Below are positions 51,509 to 64,000 of a DNA stretch of 64,000 bases, piece by piece. Each line of letters opens with the position of its first letter. Positions within the stretch are counted from its first letter, which is position 1. The notes beneath the pieces were generated by a model. That model made no database searches and was not told where the DNA came from. It saw only the letters and a list, made by a program, of their open reading frames with translations. Source of the DNA: Yuukianura sp. NJ FZ-2021. Its lineage: Eukaryota. The position numbers and the translations under genes were made by a program. The stretch spans positions 2,294,001 to 2,358,000 of the forward strand of contig CM102288.1 in assembly GCA_046563655.1 (NCBI GenBank), given 5' to 3'.

Positions 51509-54500
51509 CTGAAAAATAGAAAACAAAAACACAGTAATTAGTAAAAACATTACACCAGAAATCACACCAAAAATATATTACACAACATAACACCATTATG
51601 ACCATGGGGGGAGGGGTCTTGCAGTACACTTAACGCACAAAATGGGCTAAGATTCAAACTCCTTAGCCTTAATTACACTTCAAAGTCATTAACTAACTAA
51701 CACCATTACCCTCCTTTCCTCACTTCCAGATTCAAACTGAAATAGAAATACATACTGAAAACACCTCAAAACAAAAAATTTAAAAATTCCGAAGAAAATT
51801 CAACTGCGCATACTTTAACTGATTTTCTTTTTTCCAAAAATCCATTCCAAATTCAATAAAATATTCAACCGGAATCAAACTACAGCACTCAAACATTAAA
51901 TTTTCAAAAACACACAAAATTGTATAAAAAAAAAGTCGGAAAAACAACACATTTTATCAAAAAAAGATAAAAACAGAATCATTCTCGAATTCAAAATTTC
52001 CAGTTGGCTAAAAGAAACCAATTACTGATACAACTTTATTAATCATAAACCAATTTATAATTTTCACATTTTAGACCAAAAAAGTATTCTCTTCACATAA
52101 CTCATTGCCAAAATTTCCCCTTCTTGGCCACATTTTTTTCATATTTGACCATCGTCATCAATCACTTTCACTCTGATTCAATGTTAAATTCAATTTAGAA
52201 TTAACTCTGTTCCATAGATTAGAATCTTACGCCTCAAGGGATTATTTAGGCCTCCCTCATACTAAAAATCACTAATAACTTCTTAACTAATCTCACTTCC
52301 AATGACATCCAGGCCTAATTAGCTCCTCCATTCATCTCACCTGTACTTCTTATAACACTTACATTCACTTTCAATCATTACTAAAGTCCATCTCCCACTA
52401 AAACCTTCCAAATCTTATGTCCTTGTCCACTTCCTTCCACCAAGATGCATGAGTCAGGAATCTTCAACAAAGTATTTCAATTTTTAACAAAGTAACGCTC
52501 CCAAAGTCTATTTTTACAAATTCAAAATGAACCTGCAAATTTTAAACAAAAAAAATCGCATCTCTCATCTTGCGTCTTCCACTTCAGAATAAAACACAAT
52601 GGACCAAGGTCTTTCTCAAACCAAAACTCCCGAAAAAAAATTCATTTGTTGAATTTTCAACACACAAAAATCAAATCTTCAAAAGAAATCGCAAAAAAAC
52701 TGATGAATTTGTCCTCCAAAAATAAATTGTAATTTGGTCAAATTTCAAGAATAGCTTCTTAAAAATTTCAAAAACTCCTACTCGAAATGCTCCGATTTTT
52801 AAAAAATTCGAAAACTTAAACTAGAAATCCCCTGTTCATGAAAAATTCAAAAACTTCAAACTGAAAAATGCTTGTTTCTGGATCCTCCTTCCCCGCATCC
52901 CAGAAAGTGTAACGACCTGAACTTCCTATATTTTTCTTGCTCGTTTCTTTTCAAATAACGTTTCCTTCCATCTGCCTTCCTCCTGACGTAAATCATAACA
53001 ACGGAATTTGTTCAAGTCTTTTACTTGCTCACAAATAACATTAAGCACCACGATTCTCTGACGCAACGAAAAAGACTTAAGGAAAAGCACAAGATTCAAG
53101 CATAGAGAGAGGTAAATGCTCCCCTTAATTTGTCACAGGTAAGATCATCAACAAGTAATTTCCCCAGTACAAAAAAAAATCCAAACAACAATGGAAGATA
53201 CTCAAGAATCAGGAACATCCAACAATACAAAAGAGGGGGAGATCCAACAATAACCTACCAAAATTTCCTCATGATCCTGATGCTGACGAATTTTCACTTC
53301 ATTTTTGCCTCTCACGACTTTTTTTTGCCACAATTTCCAACTTCGTTTTATACTTCACGCCTCCCAAATTTGCAACAACAGGGAGGTAACAACAATACAG
53401 AATTCAACTTAACAAATTTAACAAAGTGGATCACTGCATAACACTTTTCAAAGGAAAACTCCCAAAACGAATTGCAACTTCCGTTTCTCCGAGTCCGAAC
53501 ACCAAAAAAACAACTTCAAAAAACTGAATTTTCCAAAACAAAAAATACAGTTTTCATGATTTTACACTCTGAACAAACTCCCAAGACAAATCACTTTAAA
53601 AATTCAAAATTTTGAGAATTAGAATATGAGAAAATCCGAAATCCGGAAATTGCTGGGAACCTTAATTCTTCCGGTTTTCTCATCTCATCTATTAAAATTT
53701 AAATCAATGTCAAAAGACAATTTCGGAAGAGCGAGAGAGGAAACCGCACTACCACCATCATCAAACAAAGTTAAAAATAAAAACATCAACCTTCCCAAAA
53801 ACTAATTCCAATTTCCGCTTCCGTTTCCCAAAAAACTCTCATTTCAAAATTCTGTACCGAATACGATACTGAGCACAACTAATTTTCACAAAAACCCAAA
53901 AAACTAACGACCAAATCATTTCTAAAAATTAGAAATGACATCAAGCGACATCAACATTCTAACATTCACTCACCTAAAAAAAAACAAGCAGAAATTCCGT
54001 GAAACCTTAATTTAGCAGAACCAGTAAACAGAAAAACGAGAATTTTAGCACACACAAAAGCACATTAAAACTCTGCTGACCATGAGTCACATCTTCAGAA
54101 GGAAAAATTCTGAATCACCACCATCAGCATCCACTTTTCATTTGACCAAAACAGAAACACTAAACTCCATTTCGCGAAAACGTGCTCATTAAACGACATT
54201 TCGCAATAATTATTTAAAACATTTCCAAAGAAATTCATTACATTGCCCCTTCATTACTTCTTTACAAGAAAACACTTCAAAAGCGTCTAAAGTCCATTAG
54301 TGCATTCGAAATTTCCAAATTCTTACAAATTAGAAATTCCCCAAAATCAAAGAAACTTTCTCTTGTTGACTTTCACCACTTTTTATTTCCTTTTAACTTT
54401 CGTTTCCAAACAACATTTCAATTCCAGTTGATCTTTTCATCTCTGTATTTTCCTTTTCACATTCAATTAACACCAAACTCTCAACACTTCACAGTAAAAA

Positions 54501-56679
54501 AAAAAGTAAAACAGAAAACACGAAAACATTCACACGATTCCTTTACATACTTAATCCTAGTCGTAAACAAGTCCTGCTTTTCACAACTCGTAACATTATA
54601 CCCGCTTATTTGCCAATACTCGTTTTCCATTAAAAAGCCAAGAATCACAAATTACCCGGAATCACCCAAAATCACTCCAATCTTAAAAAAAAACATCTTG
54701 TTTTTGGTTTTCACCCTAGCACTAAACGAATCAAATCTTCCTCCTTCATCCTGACGAAAACACTAACAACTTATAGTATAAAACTGTTCTTAATTACCCG
54801 GCCTTGGAGAGGCGTTACTTAGCAACCAAACACATCATACCTTCACAGGATTCCTTTCCTCTTTCCTTTGTCGTTTCTCGAAAACAGCCTTGGCGGATAA
54901 ACCCTTAGCAGCCAGAAGCCCCAAAATCCCATTTTCAAAAACTTTCTCCCCTCCTCGCTTTCTCCCGCTCTTTCTATTAAATAATTCTCCGAAATTCGGA
55001 GCAACTCTGCCTCCAGTCCATTTTTAGTCTTTTAAACTTTATTCTTTCTCTTGCGCCATCAGGCCTTAACGTTCGTCGTCGTCAAAAGCTTACAGGGGGG
55101 AACCTTAGAAACGACCAAAATGGAAACCAGGGAATTTCACGTGAGTAAAAGGCCAAGTCAAAAGCCCTTAGCTACGTCCAAGTCAACAGTTCCAGGTAGT
55201 CTACCTGCCGCTTTCTCCCAAACTTTCTCCTTTCTACAACAGACCATACGAAGAATCCATATAAAACCTACCTCCACCCACTGAATAATGGAGAAACCGA
55301 GAGAGTCGAGGGAGAAAGTTACTCTAGAAGATAAGTTAGAGAGTTACTAGGAAACTGTTCGTAATTTAGAATTCAGAACCTCAAGAAACAACATTTCCTA
55401 TCCATCCGGCGCCCCTTTACGTCCAAATACTCACATAATTTTACATCTTCCGACTCCATTCAAAGGACCATTTATTCCCTAGAAGTAACAAAAAAGCTAA
55501 AAAGTAAAGTTGAAAAACAAAACGGAGACATTTATTTACTCAAAAACCGAAAAAACAAGAATTCAAGGATGAGAAGATGCGGATGCTGCTGAGGAAGGAT
55601 CAAAGTAAAAGAAAAGTTTTTGAGCTTTTCCTGTTCATTTTCCTCCATCAGTCGAATCTTCACTTTTATTTTTAGAAAAATGAAACGCCCACGCTCAATT
55701 TGCAGTCGGCAACTTTAGACAAAAAGTACAAAAATCCTCATCTTTTTGTGCCAAGGACTTCAGTATCAATGAAATCTCAATTTAAAAAATCAAAGTCTAA
55801 GTGAAAATTTAGATGAACAAAAAAAAGCACACAAAAAGTATCAAATTTCAAAGGTTATTAAAGTCAAAAATCACGTTCAAAAAGTCAAGTTCTTATGAAA
55901 TTTTTGATGAAGGGGAAAAGATAACTCTAAAATTCTCATTTTTCATAAATAATTGCAACTTTCGACTAAATTATTTTCAAAATTCAACGTGATACCTGCC
56001 ACGCGGAACATGTCTTTTCACAATCCCGTCTATAATTAAAGTTTCCAAAATTTATACTGAAAATCTATTTTTGGAAATATCAATTCCCAGAAACCCGATC
56101 CAAAATTATCTTTTCTACTTCACAAAAAAAGAGAGATTTTCATAAAACCTAGAGTTCAAAAGCGGTTTTAAAATTTCGTTCCAAGCGCTCGTAAAACCAA
56201 AAAAGCTGCCTAGTAAATTACAATATCCTAGACATGCAACAGCGCCGGGTGTTTTGTAGACTTTGCCAATGTCAACATCAAAAACTTCACACTTTCTGTC
56301 CGCAGTTCCGAAAATCGGTATCCGTTTAGCCTTTTCAAAAAAAAATCAATCTTGGTTCTACACCAGAGAAATTATTTAGAAAAACACAAATTTGGAAAAA
56401 CTTCATTCGTCAGGTCGAAATTTTTTCCCAAAATCACAAGTTTCAAGTTCTCCCTCCCATAAATATTTTTTGTCTAGTCCTAATGAAATCTTCGAATCAT
56501 TACGGATTCACACCTCGTAAATTTTTACAATTCCCACATATTAGTGTTCACTTATGTCATTTAATGTATTTTAAGAAGCTACATGGCGACATTTAGTAAC
56601 GATACGTTTAAAACAAGACTGTTGTTTTAAAAATTACGCTGTGCGTCTCAATTTTCCCAATCAAAGGGCTTTTCCTCCT

Positions 56680-56795
56680 GTATTCTATATTTCATAATCG
56701 AAATTACAGAACTTTTCTATATTTCCCATAATCGCAAAATATAGAATATGGAGCGTTCCATATTCTATATCTATATTCTATATTCTATATTTTCC
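56680..56795. repeat. Short TATTCTATAT-type repeat cluster with a small hairpin
   Basis: Several TATTCTATAT/CTATATT units. Inverted pair ATATAGAATATGGA..TCCATATTCTATAT at ~56739-56770. Confidence 0.6.
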
Positions 56796-59700
56796 ATAAA
56801 CTGAGTTGCTATAACTCTCTAATGTGCAACATCATCTTCCTTTTCGCACTTCACTTTAATTCAACGGCGATTTCAATCAAAGTTATTCCTTTAGCATGGG
56901 CTTGTCCACTGCCAATTTTCATTAGCCACAAAATAAGCAAAAAATCTTGCAGAATCAAAAACCATTAAGAACTTGAACTTAAAGTGGGTGGAGCCTGATG
57001 AAACTAAAAACTCTAAAAATAGCGTCAGGAACATGAAACTTCTTCGCAAAAAAACTTTAAATCATGCTGGACGCTTTAAAACGCAAAAAAAATATTGTAC
57101 TGGACACGTCATTTTTTTTTTGTTACAAAACAGAACCAAGTTCGTCGAAGAATTTTTGTAGTGCATCATCTCTCAATCTGAGTATTTCGCAATTGGAAAA
57201 TTTCAAAAACCAGAAACTTTAAAACTTTTTAACTTTGTGTTTTTAACATTTTAGCACATCGTACGTGTTAAACGTAAGAGAAGGCATACTAACCTATGTT
57301 TTTTTTTCTGTTCCTTGACCAGTAAACATAATAATTATTAGTTAAAGTGATACGAGCGTTACTCTAACTTCTTTTTTTCTTATTGCCAAAAATAATTACC
57401 AAGTTCCGTCTCCCATTTAGCCGCAGGGGATGAAACAAAATAGAAAGTCGTATCTTTTCATATCTCCATGTTACATCACATTCCCTTCAAATTCAATTTC
57501 TCACAAGTCAACAATACGCTTCAATTGCGAAAAGTTGAAAATTTAAAAAACACGCTTTCAATTAGTACAATTATACACTACAGAAATCAAGTCTCAATCT
57601 CAATTTTCAAATTTAGCAACGACAAATTTGACAACATAAAAAATACTTACACAAATTTGTATCCCCGCAAGTTCAACTCGATCACGATCGCCGAAATTTC
57701 AAAATTCACACCACTTTGAAACTCATTTCAAATTTCACAACTTCCATTTAAAAACCGTGTTTACGAAAATTCACAGACGCTCGCCAACACAAAAAAACAA
57801 CAACTCTCTTCTCAAAATTCCACGTTAATTGGGCCAGATTGTTCCTAATTTGCAAACAAGTCCCAATTTGCAAAAATTGGCAAATTTCACTAAAGTTAAA
57901 TATAAAACAAGCATGGAAACTCCCTAGCAAAACTTATTTTAGCAAAACTGAAAAGTAGACAAGGAGGTTCCTGAAGGCTTGAGTGCGTAATCTCAACTAC
58001 CAAAAACCTTGCGTTCCTTCCACTACTCTTTTCTGCTCTGCCTCTGAACGAAACCAGGCAGGGAGTTTCTCCATTGGCAAAATTTTTTGAGTTTCTGCTC
58101 AAGCAAAAACCTCGGGAAGTTGGCACAAATCAAATCCCAGTCTGCTAAGTAATCTTCTAACCCCAAGTCACTTCTCAGTTGAGTCTCAGAAGCCCACGAG
58201 GCAACTTAAATTGATACTCAACTCAACCAGGACACAAATCATAATTCTCATCTTCAACTTATACCATCATCCTCGTTCTGCCCTGCCCAAAACATCCAAC
58301 GCAATCCAACTGCAGGCAACGCGATCATCCTCTAATAAAATTCAACTCTTGAATGTCAAATCAATTACAATTCGATCCGCGTTGTACTAAAAACTAAATC
58401 TAAGCCCAAAATCTAATTAACACTTTCTACAAATAAGCAAATCTGCCAAAACGCACGAAATCAAAATCTAAGGTTTAGGTTGGAAATTAGAAATTGCGTT
58501 TGGCTGGCTCAGGTATAGCAAAAATTCAAAACCTCCAAATTACATTTTCGCATAAATTCACATAAATAAACCAAAAAACTAAAAACTGAAAGTTGAAAAA
58601 AAATTACAACATCGATTCCGTACAAAAATAAATTTTTCGGAATTAGCGTCAAAAAGGGATTTTTCTTAGTTTGGTGTGTGTAGCGGACTCGAAGTTTTCA
58701 AAATTTCGACACTTTTCATCAGCAAAAATAAAACAAACACTAATAAATAATACGAACGTCAAAAATTGACAACATTTAGTTAAAATTTACAACAAAAAAT
58801 GAAAATCAATCTCGTAATTTCTCATAATTTCACTCCTAAAGTGAATCCCTGGCTTAGTTTTAAGTTTACCTCACCAATAAATTCAAGTTTCGCGTCAAGT
58901 TCAAAAGTCAAAGTTGCAAAAAAAAAAACAATACAACACAAAAAAAAATTCGCAAATCACCACAGCCTCTTCTCCCAACCTCTTCATCAATCACTCGTCA
59001 TTTCATCTGAACACGCACTTGTAAACGTTGTTTCAACATTCGCAAAAAATGTGTGCAAATTTTTTTTGCCTACTAAAAAACCAAAAAACGTGCCCCTCCC
59101 ATATGCATTGTAGTCTATCTCCACTTGTACTGTACTTATAATGCAAAAATGGTAGTAATTTGAGTCAATAGGCCACTACAAACCACCACCAACCGAGTAC
59201 TATAGAAGAAAATGTCTATAGGTTTTTAGAATTTAGCATCTACAGATGCTATCAAAAGCATTTGCAAATACCACCATGAACATTATTATAACAAAAGACG
59301 TCTTTACCATATCCTTCAACCAACCTCTAAAAAAATGTCCTTCAAAATTTGCAAATATCTCTTGACTGAACATCTCATGAACATTTTAGCCAACTTTTTT
59401 CTCCATTTTAATAACTTCACTTTTTACAACTTCCTATGCATATAGTAATTCAAAGTTTTTCAATCCTCCAGAAAACACTTCAAAAAATAATTATTACACT
59501 CTCACCCACTTTAAACCTCATAATCTCAAAAGCACTCAGCAAACTAAACTAAAACTATGTATAGAAAAAAAAAACAACTGAAAATCTCCAGGAAAAACCC
59601 TACAACATTCAAATTCAAGCTCATCCTTAGCTGGAAAGCCTTGCAAAAAAAACATAATCTCATTCATTCTAGTTTCAAGGCTTAAAATTTTCAAAAATTT

Positions 59701-60006
59701 TAGCACTTCGGGTTCAGCAAACTGAAACTCTTTAGCAAAAAAAAAATCAAACTTTGTCTAAAATCTTTACTCCTCTGCTCAAGTTCTTCAAAAAAAGCTC
59801 TTCTTCTAAAAGTTCTTAATCAAATCAAGTCCATCATCTTCAATTTTCTATCCAATTTGTTCCATTTTTGCACGAAAAAGTACCATGTTCAAAAATACAT
59901 TCGTAGCCATACCTTCTTCTCCAGAAAAATTTCCAACCTACGCATCGAGATTTTCACAAATTGAAAAAAAAATTGAACTGCCAGGTACCAATATCTTTCA
60001 TTCCAA

Positions 60007-60058
60007 AACGAAAACCACGACATTTCTAAATTCTAACGAAAACCACGACATTTCTAAA
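60007..60058. repeat. 28-bp-period tandem duplication
   Basis: AACGAAAACCACGACATTTCTAAA at 60007-60030 and 60035-60058. Confidence 0.8.
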
Positions 60059-61295
60059 ATCTTTTAACTAAAAATGTTTTGATTTTGGTCCAAAATCTGC
60101 CTAAAAAAAGTAAATTTTTGGATTTAGTGTTGAGATTGACCAGACTTTTGTAGAAACCTTTGCTACCGTCATCCTCGTCGTCGTCTGTAGACTGTTTCAA
60201 GGCTTTTGTATTTATTATTAGTTTATTACCTCATCTTGCACCATACAGATCTGTAGTCTCCATTCTTCTCAAGATCCAAATCCCGACGAAGTCTAAACCA
60301 CAGAATTTCTCCTTTTTCAAATCCAAATCAAACAAACAACATGGTAGCATCTAGCGTCAAACACTACACTGTTTACGTCTTTACACTCTGCCGTGACACT
60401 TCCAGTGTCATAAAAACAACCTAAAGCCCACTGTTCACACCCATGTGCAAACACAGATCTAATCAAAATTCTAAAAACTCAAAAAAGAGAAAACCGTCTC
60501 TCGAATCTTCCTTCGTTCAAAAACTAAATTCAAAACTCAGAAAGATCACGAAACTGGCCAAAAAACCACAAAAGATCTCAAGATTATCCAATTTTCCAAA
60601 ATCTAATAATCTAAATTTTCTAACCCGAATTCCTTAGAGAGACTTTTCTAGACTTTTTGCGAACTTTGTTCTAGTCTTGGGGGAATTCGATGCGGTAGAC
60701 AAGCAATCTGAAGGGCGTTCCCAGAGTTCATCTGTCAAATTCCAAAATGTCAACCTCCCAGGAAAAGATGTCTTTTCAAAGAAAAAAAAATCTATTTTGG
60801 CCAAAGCCTCCTTAAAAATCTCCAATTCTGAGTCTTCCAATCCCATACCCATCAAAATCCTACTGGATTTGTTCTTGTTCATTAAGTCTCAACGGTGCAC
60901 CGCTACCGCAATCTGTTTGATTCTCATGGAAGACGGAAGTGGAAACGCCGCCGCGGCGGAAGCAGTATACACACCGTGCCAACTGAAAGAAGATCTCTCT
61001 TCCAAACGCCTACTTTGAAATCCATTTGTAACGGACGTCTAAAAAGTACTAAGAACTAGAAACTTGTGGGAAGAATTCAAGTACTTCCTCACATGTCGTC
61101 CCTGTGTTTCTGGAATGTTAATTTATACTTGAACATGTGCTGTGGCTAACTCTCACTAAAAGTTACTGCAAGCATCCAGCATCCAGTACTTTAGGTGTTG
61201 ACATACTTGATAGACTCTTGGCTTTTTAGGTGCTAATGATCTCTTTTCTCTTGAAACTTAATTAGCAATGTTAGTCTTAAAGTATTTCAACTTAC

Positions 61296-61319
61296 CGGTT
61301 CATAGTAGAGAGGATCCAT
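61296..61319 (-). CDS. Putative first coding exon of the RhoGAP gene (MDPLYYEP)
   Basis: ATG at 61319 with an upstream in-frame stop, then a strong donor CCG|GTAAGT in phase 0, matching the phase-0 acceptor at 51508. The intervening ~9.8 kb has the same strand skew as the other RhoGAP introns. Confidence 0.45.
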
Positions 61320-64000
61320 GTTACCGGAAGAGACGTGACGACAGGGTTCGATAGTTGTGGCAGATTTGGCAATTGGTGGGATGCTGGTTCGTGTTATGTC
61401 AAAATGTCGCCGTCAGCCAGCTACCCAAACACATTTAAGTTTTGATTTTGTCCAGAAGTCGGCAACTTTTAGTTCTTAACCGACGTCTACCGTTGTTTGT
61501 CTTGACATGACCCTGTCTGGGATATCCGATATCGTTTAAGTAGTAGATCTTCTACAAAGATTCGGAGTCGTTGTGTAACTGCCCTAGTTGTGTAGTCGGT
61601 GATGGCGAGGTTGTGGGCGTCATTGATTGAAATGTAATCCGTTTCTCACTTCGGAACCAGGCAGCACTTTGATCTATAGCAGTTCGTCTAGTTCCAGCAT
61701 AAGGTCAAACCTTTAAGAGTTCATTTCCTCTTGATAAGAATTCACTTCTTCCTCTCCTGTGTTTGTTCCTTTGTAGAATGAACGATGAATGATTAGATGG
61801 AGACAGGTTACTTCAAATGATTGACAGCCACACAGAAGAGTTAGTCCAGACAAAAACCAATATTCTCCGACTTTTGGAAGAAACTACAAGAAGAACAGGA
61901 ACAAGAAGATCTTCTAGAGGAATTTCGGACTTTGTACACTTTTTCTCAGCAGTTCTGGAAATCTTCACTCATCTCTTCCCATTTATTCGGCATAACCTGC
62001 AACAAATATAGACATAAGAGATCATACAAATAGATTTACTATCCCATCCCAACTCCCGTAAATGTGTCTACCCCTTTAATACTCTTTTTCTCCTTGTTTA
62101 GAAAACGCTGAATCTACTGCAATTCAATCTTTCAACTTAACTACTAAACAATACGCCAATTTCGCAATCTATGTTCCTTTACATGCCCAATATTGTAAAA
62201 CAGTGCCCTAAAGTATGTCAAACCTCGGTTTTAACAATGCATTTGAACCTAATCGAGGAGTTGGTGTACTTAAATGACATTTCAGCAATAAATGTTAGGT
62301 TTAGCATTTGCTAATTGGTTACTAAAGTGTGTTAATTCTTGGACCATAACAGAATAAAGGGAGTAAGCGTGACCTTGCCCAAATTATTCAAGTTCGCTTC
62401 GCAGTTTAACGTTCGTTCGCTCATTTAAGCAGTTTCTGATTTGCACGGTCACGCTCCAGTCGCTGTAAAGGAGATAAACCATAAGGACCAAACCATATGA
62501 AGATGAAGAAGATGAAAACGTTTAGTAATTGGGATGCACAAAAGAATAAATTATTCTAAACTTAGAGGCTACTATTAACAGTTAGTTTACACAATAAACA
62601 CTTACGTTACACGTTTCAGTCGTTCAGTCCAGCGAAAACTTCGTGGTCGTTTACATTTTCGTTCGTTGTAAGTAGTTCACCTTCCAGTAATTACAGTTTA
62701 GCTGAGCCAATTAATCTTTAAATAGGATAGGAAGGACGTTCCTCAGTTACTTTTGTCCACACAGACGATCGATTACACAATGAGTGTACTAAATGTCCAA
62801 TAGTCGTAGCGTAGCAAAGAGCGCAAAGAAGGGAGGATTCACTTCGTCCTATCTCTGGCAAGAGTAACGTTAGACCTGTATACCTTGCCAGTTAATTAAG
62901 TAATTGAAGATGTTTGGTTTGAATTAGTGAGTGACCCTATGAATTAGTAATGGTGTTTGAGCAGAAGATAAAGAATTAGATAATCAAAGTGGAGTAGTCT
63001 CTCCCTGTTCTTTTTTTCGTAATGTCAGATTCACTTTCACTTTTTTCATGCACTACAAAAGCATTGGGGAAGATGCGAATGAAGATCGAAATAAAAAAAA
63101 AACATCAATGAACAAACAGCTCATGTTCAAGCTTCTCTTACGGGTTAGACTAAAATCTACTTCCACTTCACCTTCCCGTCTCAAGCGCCACCATCATCGC
63201 ATATGGGCATCCACAATTTATTAAAATTTATTAAAATAGCATTATTTAATTACATTAATTAACTTTATTATAATTTATCTTGTAAATTGCTCTGTTATTT
63301 TGCTCTTTTGGTTAAAAGAAGTTATTCTTATAATTTGTGCTTTCCATATTGCCCTCATCGATAAGCATTATCGAATCATGTACGAAAATTCATAACGCAA
63401 GTTATGTCTTATGAAGGCACAATAAATTACACAAATTACATAATTAGCACATATAAATTATTTAAAATATGTTTGACAGATTTAAGAAATTATTTTTATA
63501 TAAACTATAAATTAAAAAATATATTGTAGCCCAACTATGTTAGGAGAAGAGGTGAAGTAGTAAGAACTGTTGGTCGGACTCAATCTCTGGCTATAATATT
63601 AGTGATTTTTGAAATTGAGTGCAAAAGATGCATCAGCTGGAATTTTGTGGACAAAGTGCATCAAATTCCATTAAAATTGACGTTTGACAATTTACCAGGA
63701 AAACATGAACATGTGGCGCGAGTGGATTCTTTCTTAATTAGTTTAGTTGCTTAATTAGTTCTTAGAAGAAAGAAGGAAGGTACATACCTGGGTTTTACCT
63801 GTCAGTAGAACAGAAGAATGGCGTCCAGCAAAGCAGCTGCTGCTAATCGCACCAAACCTAGAACGACACAAACGCAGAAATCGAAATTAACGTTTGTGGA
63901 ATTGGCGAAAGAAAATTACAAGAAATATGCTACGCTGGAATTCGGGAAATCGCTGCTCACTGATCCTGAACACACGTGGATAATTGCGACATTCTTGTTC

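Noticed and set aside
60230..60352. Possible alternative first exon of the RhoGAP gene (MVQDE|GTAATA)
   Set aside because: Phase-compatible, but very short with a weak donor; not supportable without transcripts.

Overview
Eukaryotic, intron-rich animal DNA, most likely arthropod judging by the gene set. No prokaryotic features, CRISPR arrays, rRNA or tRNA genes were seen. Hand-spliced gene models in order: (1) RERE/Atrophin (+, 5' end outside the window, 1168-10592); (2) egalitarian (-, 14726-17978, ~761 aa, with a GC-AG intron); (3) a two-exon ~124-aa orphan ORF (-, 18526-18961) only partly shown in the ORF track; (4) a nine-exon secreted protein with a divergent C-type lectin domain and an unrecognised C-terminal region (+, 20100-22154); (5) IA-2/PTPRN receptor pseudophosphatase (-, 24672-37776); (6) an ARHGAP21/23-like PDZ-PH-RhoGAP (-, 41495 to at least 51508, possible start exon at ~61.3 kb). 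Five unrelated TIR DNA-transposon insertions retain their TSDs: a D41D-spaced Tc1/mariner relic, a PIF/Harbinger-type MITE, two TA-TSD MITEs, and a hAT element just after the egl stop. Two inverted copies of a ~1.3-kb modular foldback-like repeat bracket the egl to IA-2 block. The most unexpected signal is 7 exact copies of the 13-mer TGACCTTTGACCT (AGGTCA DR1), often inside short introns next to 3' splice sites. All splice models and counts were done by eye and need RNA-seq or computational confirmation.
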